A stretch of DNA of 64,000 nucleotides from a virus, in IMG/VR virus record IMGVR_UViG_3300045988_107526, positions 10,119 through 74,118 of that record. One strand, 5' to 3'. The notes below the pieces were generated by a model. It did no database searches. It was not told where the DNA came from and saw only the letters and a list, made by a program, of their open reading frames with translations. The stretch's first letter is position 1. Each line of letters opens with the position of its first letter. This document shows positions 27,874 through 35,938 of the stretch, piece by piece. The translations under genes were made by a program, and so were the position numbers.

Positions 27874-28313
27874 GACTGATTAAGAGAATTTTTGTTCATT
27901 GTTCTGCCTCTTCTCAGAAATGGGGCGTGAAGGAACTTTGGGATGAGTTTAAGCGCAAAGGCTGGAATAACCCCGGCTACCATTATGTAATTACTGCTGA
28001 TGGTGGGATTCACCAGATGCTTCCGGTAGAAATGGTTAGCAACGGCGTGAAGGGATATAATGCTACGGCTATCAATGTGGCTTATGTTGGCGGCATCAAC
28101 AAGAAGGGAAAGGCGGTAGACAACAGAACAGAGGAACAGAAGAAATCGCTTATCACTCTGCTCACTCAGCTAAAGAAGAAATATCCGAATGCTGAAATCT
28201 TAGGGCACAGAGATATTTCTCCAGACAAGAACCATAACGGCGTAGTGGATCCTTGGGAGAGAATCAAGGAGTGCCCTTGTTTTGACGCTAAAGTTGAATA
28301 CAAAGAGATATAG
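27870..28313 (+). CDS. N-acetylmuramoyl-L-alanine amidase endolysin (Amidase_2/PGRP type)
   Basis: Motifs FVHCSAS, GYHYVI, GHRDISPDK and CPCFD are typical of T7-lysozyme-like zinc amidases. Confidence 0.8.
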   Translation: MRLIKRIFVHCSASSQKWGVKELWDEFKRKGWNNPGYHYVITADGGIHQMLPVEMVSNGVKGYNATAINVAYVGGINKKGKAVDNRTEEQKKSLITLLTQLKKKYPNAEILGHRDISPDKNHNGVVDPWERIKECPCFDAKVEYKEI

Positions 28314-28316
28314 CTT

Positions 28317-28757
28317 ATGAAATGGTACGACATAAGGTTTTGGAAATGGGCTTGCATCGGCTTGGTGGTTGGAATTATCCTATTAGCGTTTACTGGATGC
28401 AAGACGAAGGAGTATATCAAAGTTCCTTCTGTTAGAACTGAATACGTATGCAGGACAGATACTTTTGCTAAGTTTGATAGTATCTACATGAAGGATTCGG
28501 TGTATGTTTTTCAGAAGGGTGATACGGTTTTCCATAACAAGGTGGTTTATCGGGACCGGTATCATAATATATATAATGTGAAGACGGACACAATCATCAA
28601 GACGGATTCAGTAACCGTGCCTTATCCTATAGAGCGGCAACTGACGAAGAACGAGCAAAGGCTGATGTCGCTGGGCAGATGCTATATCGCATTTCTGTTC
28701 ATACTGGCGGCTTGCGCGATAGGGTTTACTCTCTGGTACAGAAACAAAAAGTGCTAG
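28317..28757 (+). CDS. Unimolecular-spanin-like protein (N-terminal lipoprotein signal plus C-terminal TM)
   Basis: Signal with lipobox-like LAFTGC at the N-terminus and helix CYIAFLFILAACAIGFTLWY at the C-terminus. It directly follows the endolysin. Confidence 0.5.
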   Translation: MKWYDIRFWKWACIGLVVGIILLAFTGCKTKEYIKVPSVRTEYVCRTDTFAKFDSIYMKDSVYVFQKGDTVFHNKVVYRDRYHNIYNVKTDTIIKTDSVTVPYPIERQLTKNEQRLMSLGRCYIAFLFILAACAIGFTLWYRNKKC

Positions 28758-28760
28758 CTT

Positions 28761-29072
28761 ATGGCGAAGATTAGCGAAGAACTGCAGATGATTGATTCGC
28801 TCCTGATGGAATTTCATGAGCGGATTCAGAGCGGAAGATGTCTGACGAGTAGTCTTCAAAACAAAATGATGTTGAAGTTCTTGCACGAAATCGCCAATAA
28901 GGACGAGCCTATCAGCAAGGCTGAGGCATGTGGCTATGTTCATGTTTCGAGGGCTACCTTTGACCGGCTTGTGAAAGAAGGCAGGCTGCCAAAGGGTAAA
29001 AAACGGAAAGGATGGACCGAGCTAGTTTGGTACGAAAAAGATTTAGATGAATATATAGATAGATTGGTATAG
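28761..29072 (+). CDS. Excisionase/MerR-like HTH DNA-binding protein, 103 aa
   Basis: ISKAEACGYVHVSRATFDRLVKEGRLPKGKK...WYEKDL resembles HTH_17/Xis-type domains. Confidence 0.5.
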   Translation: MAKISEELQMIDSLLMEFHERIQSGRCLTSSLQNKMMLKFLHEIANKDEPISKAEACGYVHVSRATFDRLVKEGRLPKGKKRKGWTELVWYEKDLDEYIDRLV

Positions 29073-29139
29073 ATTTTACTTTTTTTTCATTTTTGTTAGT
29101 TGTGTTAATTAGGTAGTAGATTGTTTCATTGCAAAAAGA

Positions 29140-29174
29140 AATCCCCACTCGGCTGTGATAGCTGGGTGGGGATT
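29140..29174. terminator. Bidirectional hairpin terminator
   Basis: Perfect 9-bp stem AATCCCCAC/GTGGGGATT flanked by an A-run and T-rich sequence, between convergent genes. Confidence 0.6.
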
Positions 29175-29183
29175 GTGGGTTAT

Positions 29184-29651
29184 TTATTTCATAAACGCCA
29201 TCCAAATTGTTTGGTTCTTGATGGTGGTACGATGTCCGAATATCGGTTTGTAATCGGTGATTGCCTTTAGCACATCACTAACCTTTATCTGTTGCTCGTT
29301 CCACTTAAAAATGAGCGTTCCGTTTGTTTTCAGCACCCTCATGCCCTCATGGATAGAATCATTGATGAATGCTTGCCAATTTTCGGGCAGCTTACCATAT
29401 TTCTTGCATAACCAAGAGTTCTTTCCTACTTTTAGCAGGTGAGGAGGGTCGAAAACAACCATATTAAATGTTTCATCTTCGAATGGCAAATTAGTGCAAT
29501 CGGCTATCATATCTGGTTGAACGTCTAATTTGCGTCCATCACATAATGTGTCGTGATATTCTCTTATGTCGGTAAAAAGTACCTGTGGGTCCTGCTTGTC
29601 GAAATAAAACATACGAGATCCGCAACACATATCTAATATTCTTTGCTTCAT
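29184..29651 (-). CDS. Minimal SAM-dependent methyltransferase (DPPH motif), 155 aa
   Basis: ILDMCCGS resembles motif I and VVFDPPHL resembles the amino-methyltransferase motif IV. There is no obvious target-recognition domain. Confidence 0.6.
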   Translation of the reverse strand: MKQRILDMCCGSRMFYFDKQDPQVLFTDIREYHDTLCDGRKLDVQPDMIADCTNLPFEDETFNMVVFDPPHLLKVGKNSWLCKKYGKLPENWQAFINDSIHEGMRVLKTNGTLIFKWNEQQIKVSDVLKAITDYKPIFGHRTTIKNQTIWMAFMK

Positions 29652-29830
29652 ACGCTACTTTTTTTAACTAAACTTATCGCCTTTGTGATGCGGTGGTCTA
29701 TACTTTTATGTGTAAGCATCAAATTGTGTTTCATCTTCCAATAAGGAAGATTTATTACATGAAACCAATGACTGTTCTTTTTCATCAGTAGCCTTGCTTT
29801 CATTATCTTCTTTGCCAATCTAATCTTCAT
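29648..29830 (-). CDS. Small basic protein, 60 aa
   Basis: ATGA-type overlap with the MTase gene. Paralogous pattern to the 47480-47638 product (RxAKKI...HRIxKAI). Confidence 0.45.
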   Translation of the reverse strand: MKIRLAKKIMKARLLMKKNSHWFHVINLPYWKMKHNLMLTHKSIDHRITKAISLVKKSSV

Positions 29831-29964
29831 ACGCTATTTATTTTTCAGTTCAACCTATTCGATAAGAATGTTACAATCATCCAATTCTATACAATCATGC
29901 ATCCAATCTTGGATAAATGCGTGATGCGAACTATCTCTTTTTCTTTACTCATTGCTTATCCTAC

Positions 29965-30213
29965 TTAGTAATTGATAATCTTCTGTGTCTTGCGAACCTT
30001 GGCAAAGAAATCGGTGATTTCTTGTGAAGTTGCTTCTCTACAGCAGTCTCCTTTCATCCAATTACCAATACCATTGGATTTCCGAATCATTCCATCAGAA
30101 TCCTCACCAATTATCACACCATATCCATCAGCGTTAACAAAACCATCATGGATAAACACTTTGCCATCACCATCAACTAAGATAGCACCTGCTTTAAATT
30201 CACTTAATCTCAT
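29965..30213 (-). CDS. Hypothetical protein, 82 aa
   Basis: ORF in the leftward operon. Confidence 0.45.
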   Translation of the reverse strand: MRLSEFKAGAILVDGDGKVFIHDGFVNADGYGVIIGEDSDGMIRKSNGIGNWMKGDCCREATSQEITDFFAKVRKTQKIINY

Positions 30214-30325
30214 ATTCTATTCTTTTTTTACCCTCTCCCTTTTGCAGGAGAGGGTGGTTAGTTATTAAAAGCTCATCAAGCTATTTTTTTGAATACTTCT
30301 TTATTCATAACATATCTGTTTAAGG

Positions 30326-30469
30326 TTAAAGGTAAACTAAATCAAACATTCCGGCTTGATCTCCAACTTTAAATATGATTTTGTTTGAATGGTTTATACT
30401 TCTGATAAACTCAACTTCAGCATCATCTGGCTGATTTCCAATTATTTCCTTTAAATGTTTTATTTTCAT
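30326..30469 (-). CDS. Hypothetical small protein, 47 aa
   Basis: Hand-translated ATG ORF (MKIKHLKEIIGNQPDDAEVEF...) in an operon gap. Confidence 0.3.
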   Translation of the reverse strand: MKIKHLKEIIGNQPDDAEVEFIRSINHSNKIIFKVGDQAGMFDLVYL

Positions 30470-30502
30470 ACTCTATCTATTTATGCCCGAAGGCGTTAAA
30501 CA

Positions 30503-30628
30503 TCAAATCTTTCTGTCTTGATGAGTTATTATCTCACACTCATTTCCTCTACGATTCCAATAACCGCATTGGTAACATTTTCTTCCGTAGAAAGGACAAT
30601 GATAATTTACTTGTGTTGCTACACTCAT
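30503..30628 (-). CDS. Small Cys-rich (zinc-ribbon-like) protein, 41 aa
   Basis: Hand-translated: MSVATQVNYHCPFYGRKCYQCGYWNRRGNEC... Starts 2 nt after the upstream stop. Confidence 0.35.
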   Translation of the reverse strand: MSVATQVNYHCPFYGRKCYQCGYWNRRGNECEIITHQDRKI

Positions 30629-30630
30629 AC

Positions 30631-31068
30631 CTACACATCCATTTCTGAGTTAAGTCCTAGACCGAAGAGAAGGTGCTGCAACTGATGAACATACTTAATG
30701 TATGCAATTGGTTTACATACATTATTGTCAGTAAACGGATATACATCAAACTCATCACCGATACCTTTTTCTATGTAGATAGGAAAATATCCATATTCTT
30801 CAATATCGGGTTTTGTATATACTAGATGACTATTCTTTACTCCTCTGCTCATCAATTCTTCCTTCCATCCATTCTTCTCTAGAATCTCAAGAGTGAGATT
30901 AATAGGTAATATATCTCTGTCTGCAACAAAAGCAGTTTTTGTACTATTAGTTGAAATCAAAGCATAACATATCTTGTTATGAAGAAAGTTTTCTTCAAAA
31001 TTAACAATAGTATAAGTATTGGTTGCAAACTTTACCAAATCTCCTGGAATGTATTCTAATTTATCCAT
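30631..31068 (-). CDS. Hypothetical protein, 145 aa
   Basis: ORF in the leftward operon. Confidence 0.5.
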   Translation of the reverse strand: MDKLEYIPGDLVKFATNTYTIVNFEENFLHNKICYALISTNSTKTAFVADRDILPINLTLEILEKNGWKEELMSRGVKNSHLVYTKPDIEEYGYFPIYIEKGIGDEFDVYPFTDNNVCKPIAYIKYVHQLQHLLFGLGLNSEMDV

Positions 31069-31080
31069 ACGCTTTACTTT

Positions 31081-31245
31081 TTAATTACTATCTAGTTCTG
31101 ACATAAAAGTTACTATAAAACCACAAATAGTAATGAATGCAAATATGCCAATAACATCTTCCTTAAACAGAAAGTAACTGTACACTTCTAACACTCCTAT
31201 CAATAAATAAGTGATACTTACAAGAAGCAGTTTAAATACTTTCAT
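31081..31245 (-). CDS. Small membrane protein, 54 aa
   Basis: Hand-translated: MKVFKLLLVSITYLLIGVLEVYSYFLF... Two hydrophobic segments. Confidence 0.35.
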   Translation of the reverse strand: MKVFKLLLVSITYLLIGVLEVYSYFLFKEDVIGIFAFITICGFIVTFMSELDSN

Positions 31246-31257
31246 ATTATTATTCAA

Positions 31258-31419
31258 TTAAAACGCAATTCTATAGTACTTTCCTTTCAGAGAAGGTTTC
31301 TTACTGATAATGAACTTCTCTAAATCTTCAAAATCTATTGGGAAGAGCGCACAATATTTATACTTTAATGTGCAGATGAATCTTCCGTCGAGCATAACAT
31401 CAAAAATAAAAGTCTTCAT
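31258..31419 (-). CDS. Hypothetical small protein, 53 aa
   Basis: Hand-translated ATG ORF (MKTFIFDVMLDGRFICTLKYKY...). Confidence 0.3.
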   Translation of the reverse strand: MKTFIFDVMLDGRFICTLKYKYCALFPIDFEDLEKFIISKKPSLKGKYYRIAF

Positions 31420-31434
31420 ATCTATCCCTCCTCA

Positions 31435-31881
31435 TTATTTTTTAAAGATTTCATCAAGAATACTTCTGAAATTTGGATTATCAATCACAGCTTGTGCATC
31501 TGCTTCTCTTCGAAAATAGACGCAGCCATAATTTGATTCTAATCTAGAATCCACAAACAAACGTTCAGGTCTGTCAGACTTTATGATAAAGTATTTATTT
31601 TCTCCTATATTACCCCAGTCTGGCTTCCAATCACCGTTATAATAACTAGCGATGTTCATGAGCTTGTTTATTGCATCTAGCTTATTCTGATTCTTTTTCA
31701 CTTCTGAATAATCAACTTTCGCAATTATAGAAGACCTTACATCATTAAAATTGATGAATTTCTTCTTGAACATTATAACACCAGTCTTCAAATCGCTGTT
31801 CTCAACATCTATCTCCATTCCTCTAGGAATATTAATAGTTAACTTATTACCTATGATTTCTACGATTTCCATACTTATCAC
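31435..31881 (-). CDS. Hypothetical protein, 148 aa
   Basis: ORF with a 4-nt overlap with the upstream gene. Confidence 0.5.
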   Translation of the reverse strand: MISMEIVEIIGNKLTINIPRGMEIDVENSDLKTGVIMFKKKFINFNDVRSSIIAKVDYSEVKKNQNKLDAINKLMNIASYYNGDWKPDWGNIGENKYFIIKSDRPERLFVDSRLESNYGCVYFRREADAQAVIDNPNFRSILDEIFKK

Positions 31882-32264
31882 TCCTCTTTAGTTTCATACT
31901 CCTGTTGCAGATTCTTGACCTCGCTAACGAACTTACTGACATCAATATCACAATCAATTACCTCTTGATGGTTTTTGATAGCGTCTTCTATCAGATGGGT
32001 GCATTCTTCGGTAAAACCACAGATACGATCACCTTCGATGGTGTAGAGATACTTGTGTGTGTTATAGTAAGCACACTGGCAGAGAGATAATCCCTCTGAG
32101 TTGAGGCGGTCCCGTACATCGGGATTGTTGATGCGAAGGACCACCATCTTACATCTACTAGAATAGTACTTGCGGTATTTGATGCGGTCTGCAACAATGA
32201 TTGCTATAGCTACCAACCACAGGATAGATAGCACAATGATAACATCTATTTGAATTGTATTCAT
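31878..32264 (-). CDS. Hypothetical N-terminally membrane-anchored protein, 128 aa
   Basis: N-terminal helix VIIVLSILWLVAIAIIVA. Confidence 0.5.
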   Translation of the reverse strand: MNTIQIDVIIVLSILWLVAIAIIVADRIKYRKYYSSRCKMVVLRINNPDVRDRLNSEGLSLCQCAYYNTHKYLYTIEGDRICGFTEECTHLIEDAIKNHQEVIDCDIDVSKFVSEVKNLQQEYETKEE

Positions 32265-32287
32265 AACTTTAATTTTTTATTGTTTGT

Positions 32288-32929
32288 TTATCTTAAGTCG
32301 GTCATTCTTCCAGGATTTTGAATGTTCAGTTCCTTGTTGACATCATGTAGGCTGACGGATGGTAATGTATGCTTATCTGGGTCTAAACCATTCGACTTGC
32401 AGTAGTTTCTCCATGCCTCTATGCCATGAGGTTTCTTCGCATCCTCTATCGCTTTCAGTCGCTCTTCTTCTTCTCTGCGCTCGTCCTCTACCCTTCCACG
32501 CTCCTTCAGAAGGTCTGCCTCGTAAGCTATCAATCCTCTCATAATATCTTGAGGATTGATGGTTTTACCGTTGTTGATGAGCTTGTTGTATTCACCATTG
32601 GTGAAGGCTACGAAGAAGTAATCAAGTTCGGCAGGTGTAATGTAGAAATACTTTGTACAGATACGATGAGCAAGCAAGTGAATCTGATAATCTGTCGCAT
32701 TATCGTAGGCGCCCAGATAATATAGAAGGTCTATCAGTCGTCCTGTTACCCATCCTATGAGGTCTCTGAGTCCACCACGTTTCTGAATATCCAACATGGT
32801 TTCCTTATTCTTCTTTATAGCCTCAGTTAAGGTTGCAGGACGCTGATAGTTTGCCTTATCCCTGATGATAGGCACTCGCGATGAGTCGGGCAGCGCGCTC
32901 TGAACGTTGGATATTCCGTTGTTGCTCAT
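32288..32929 (-). CDS. Hypothetical protein (possible replication-associated), 213 aa
   Basis: ATG at 32929 chosen. The longer ORF to 32971 increases the overlap with the upstream gene. Confidence 0.45.
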   Translation of the reverse strand: MSNNGISNVQSALPDSSRVPIIRDKANYQRPATLTEAIKKNKETMLDIQKRGGLRDLIGWVTGRLIDLLYYLGAYDNATDYQIHLLAHRICTKYFYITPAELDYFFVAFTNGEYNKLINNGKTINPQDIMRGLIAYEADLLKERGRVEDERREEEERLKAIEDAKKPHGIEAWRNYCKSNGLDPDKHTLPSVSLHDVNKELNIQNPGRMTDLR

Positions 32930-33347
32930 AATCTTGCTTTTGAATAATTTCGTCATTCCAGCACTCGCCATTAAGATAAGTGAGTGGGTCTTTTCTGTAT
33001 ACAGGGTCGGGCGTGGATGCTACATAGAGAGGAGTTGCTTTCATACAAGCTACCTTATCATTTAAGCTTAACTTCTTCCACTTAGCCTCTGCCTTCTTGC
33101 GGCCTCGTTTTTTATTGTATGCATTCCACCATTCCTCAAAAGGAGGCTCGAAGACCAACATCTGTTTTTGCTCTTCTTCAACCTCAAAGTCTACCGTCTC
33201 CACTTCTGCATGATTGTTGAACAACTCAGAAGGCTTGTAATACTTACCAGTAAGCGCCCATCTTGCACCGGCTACAAAAGCATCTTGAAGAGGTTCGCTT
33301 TCCGAATATTTATTTGCCTCCGAATGGATTTCCTTTAACGTTTTCAT
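32856..33347 (-). CDS. Hypothetical protein with basic W-rich motif, 163 aa
   Basis: The motif EEWWNAYNKKRGRKKAEAKWKKL...LNGECWNDE looks like one I recall from other phages near replication genes. Function is unproven. Confidence 0.45.
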   Translation of the reverse strand: MKTLKEIHSEANKYSESEPLQDAFVAGARWALTGKYYKPSELFNNHAEVETVDFEVEEEQKQMLVFEPPFEEWWNAYNKKRGRKKAEAKWKKLSLNDKVACMKATPLYVASTPDPVYRKDPLTYLNGECWNDEIIQKQDYEQQRNIQRSERAARLIASAYHQG

Positions 33348-33368
33348 AAGCTATATGATTTTGATGAT

Positions 33369-33800
33369 TTATACCCAACCGGCACCCGAGTTCTCGAGTT
33401 CTCGCTTGCAATATTGCAAACCAACTTGGTCGTCGGGTTCCGGAATCATGATGCTGCGGATATTTGCATAATCTATCACGTTTCGGATAACGCTGCTAGC
33501 CTCTGCTGTATTGAGGGAAGTGAGAGGCTTGTATTTGCGGTTGCCAGTCTTGTCTACCTCATCGGTATAGAAGATGTAGCTGCAAACGTTGCGCTGAATA
33601 TCACGAAGCGTTTCGTAGAAGGTCTGCCCTAGTTTTAGGGCGAGATAGCTAATCATGAAGTGAAGATAGCTTGACTGCTTGTCGGTCTGAATGGGGTGGA
33701 ACTTCTTTAGTTCGATTTTATACCCACATTCTTTAGCTTTTTGGACTTCCTTCACGATTCTCAGATAGTCGCGAGGTTCATTAGGATTATATACACTCAT
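33369..33800 (-). CDS. Hypothetical protein, 143 aa
   Basis: ORF in the recombination module. Confidence 0.5.
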   Translation of the reverse strand: MSVYNPNEPRDYLRIVKEVQKAKECGYKIELKKFHPIQTDKQSSYLHFMISYLALKLGQTFYETLRDIQRNVCSYIFYTDEVDKTGNRKYKPLTSLNTAEASSVIRNVIDYANIRSIMIPEPDDQVGLQYCKRELENSGAGWV

Positions 33801-33810
33801 ATTATTATAA

Positions 33811-34535
33811 TTACATTAGATTGATTACTAAACCCTTGCAAGCATAGTCGGTTGGAACACCGAGGACCTGCTGGAATTTGTTTACGGCAACATCGGGGTT
33901 AAGATGGCGTGCTGAACCATGAATGAGGACGATGCGCTTGGCGGTATTGGCTGCCTTGCATTCGTTGAGATACTCGATAGAGTGAGCCAGACTCATGTGG
34001 GAAAGACGGATGCGGTCGGCTTGGCTGACTATCGTCTTGCCTTCGTTTACGGCTTTCTCTAGGAGAGAATCATCATAGTTGCATTCTGCCAAGAAGTACC
34101 GGCACCCTTGAACTACATTTTCCATATTGTAGCAATCGGTAAAGAACATCATGGTTCCCATTTCCGGATGATGAATGAGGAAAGAGAAACAAGGCACATC
34201 GTGTTCTACCTTCATCGGGGTGATACTGAAAGCACCAAGATGATAGGTCTGTTCTTTAATCATGCCTTTTACTCCCTTGCATTTCTCGGATAGCTCTTCG
34301 GTAGAGTAAGCATCGATTCCTGCTTTGAGAAAGTCTTTGGCATTTTTTGCATGATCGCCTTTCAGCCGTGGGAGTGACTTATAATCACTCCCACGCATTT
34401 TGATGTTTTGAGGTTTGCAACTTTCTTTACTTCCTGTAACGGACGACCTGCCTCTATACAGAGCTGCTGACCATTACTAGCCTCCAGTACGTAGGCATTG
34501 CCAAGACTATTGCTATTTACGACTATTAACTTCAT
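33811..34535 (-). pseudogene. MBL-fold hydrolase/nuclease split inside its HxHxDH motif
   Basis: The N-terminal 57-codon ORF (34362-34535) ends ...VGVIISHSHG then TGA. The downstream ORF in the -1 frame reads ...LKGDHAKNAKDFLKAGIDAY and carries the later H, D and H motifs. Removing 8 nt (GGCTGAAA) would give HSHGDH. Confidence 0.6.
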
Positions 34536-34536
34536 A

Positions 34537-35457
34537 TTAACTCAAACTAAACTTTTGAGCCTGTTGTGGCTGCTCATCATGTACTTCTTCGGCATTCACG
34601 ACTTCTCCTGTATCAGCATTGACCGTAATAACGTTCTTTACCTCGGCAAACTCTTCATCACGCTGAACGATGGCAGAAGGGTGCTCGTCAGCATCGAATA
34701 TTTTTCCATCATCAACAGAAAATTCGCCCCACTTGTCGAGTAACTGGCGAAGAACCGTCTTTTCTGCCATATCTTTGAAACCGGTAAACCATCCATAGCC
34801 TCCAATTTCTCCATTTACAGATTGCTTAACCGCCATTTCTTTCAACTCTTGCCATGTTACCTTGCTGTACTTAACAGTTGGAGCGTACGATTTGGCAAAT
34901 TTACATACAGCATCAATTGTCATATAGTAAATCTTCTCGAATCCTGACTTCATCTTGAAATATGCAAAATATCCAATAGGAACATCGGATTTCTTTTCGC
35001 CACTGATGTCGAGTGCTCCGGTAACCTTGTCAAGACCTCTAAATTCACCTTCATATACCGTACCCTTATTGATGTTTTCGTACTTATTTGTACGAAGAGC
35101 GAGTTCTACATAGCCTTTTACGCCAATAATAAGAGTAGGAGTCGAAATTGTTTGACCTGTTGTCTTATCTTTGTTTTTAAAGACAGTTATGTATGCCCGT
35201 TTCAACTGCTTGTTGATAGGAAGGCGCAAACCTGCAGCCTTAACCGCCTCACACATAAGTGCATTTGGGTCACACTGGAGCAACTGTGGGTCGGAAGTAA
35301 ATAACTCCATCAAACTGGTTGTGAATGCTCCCTTACTCTCTTTTAATGTGTCCTCCAAAAGGGTCTGGTAATAACTATTGTTCATTACCGCCTGAAAATT
35401 CTTAACTGCTACTGCCTTCTGAGAAGGCTGTGCTTTTGCTACTGCTGTATCTGCCAT
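34537..35457 (-). CDS. recT: RecT-family single-strand annealing protein
   Basis: 306 aa with typical RecT core features (LRLPINKQL, IIGVKGYVELA, GYFAYFKMKSG, EKTVLRQLL). Confidence 0.75.
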   Translation of the reverse strand: MADTAVAKAQPSQKAVAVKNFQAVMNNSYYQTLLEDTLKESKGAFTTSLMELFTSDPQLLQCDPNALMCEAVKAAGLRLPINKQLKRAYITVFKNKDKTTGQTISTPTLIIGVKGYVELALRTNKYENINKGTVYEGEFRGLDKVTGALDISGEKKSDVPIGYFAYFKMKSGFEKIYYMTIDAVCKFAKSYAPTVKYSKVTWQELKEMAVKQSVNGEIGGYGWFTGFKDMAEKTVLRQLLDKWGEFSVDDGKIFDADEHPSAIVQRDEEFAEVKNVITVNADTGEVVNAEEVHDEQPQQAQKFSLS

Positions 35458-35459
35458 GA

Positions 35460-35711
35460 TTACTTCTCCTCTTCTTTATGATTGATTAATACCTTAGTGA
35501 TACCAGCCAAGGCTATTGTTCCCAAAGCAAGATTGATTTCACCACTTTCCGGAAAAAGTTCTTTCGGATCAACCTCTACTCGATCGTGGTTATCTAACCA
35601 CTTCTTTATCCGGCTCGAATCCGTTCCGTCCTTCATGCCTCCTCCTAACGCTAGAGTACCTTTGATAAGGTCTTTGTCAACCAACATTTCTAATTTTAAA
35701 GTTTCTGCCAT
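35460..35711 (-). CDS. Hypothetical protein, 83 aa
   Basis: Tightly packed in the operon. Confidence 0.45.
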   Translation of the reverse strand: MAETLKLEMLVDKDLIKGTLALGGGMKDGTDSSRIKKWLDNHDRVEVDPKELFPESGEINLALGTIALAGITKVLINHKEEEK

Positions 35712-35716
35712 GATTT

Positions 35717-35938
35717 TTATTTACTTATATGTTTGATTAATTCTTCTTTTGTCTTAAATACTTCGCTTTCTTTCCTTGTTGGGAAAACTGCGAACTTATA
35801 CTGAATAGAGCAAGGTGCCTCACCTATCTGCTGAAAGAATACACCAACGATGTTTGCATGTCGGATTTTGTACCCATCGAGCAGATAGACTGCATCACCT
35901 ATATCGAACTTCGTCTTGATTTGCATGATGCGTTTCAA
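35717..35938 (-). CDS. Hypothetical protein, 73 aa (domain shared with C-terminus of 49695-50189 product)
   Basis: KFDIGDAVYLLDGYKI...VFKTKEELIKHI parallels NFYVGQQVFLLRDNKI...VFSTKEELVESL. Confidence 0.5.
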   Translation of the reverse strand: MKRIMQIKTKFDIGDAVYLLDGYKIRHANIVGVFFQQIGEAPCSIQYKFAVFPTRKESEVFKTKEELIKHISK

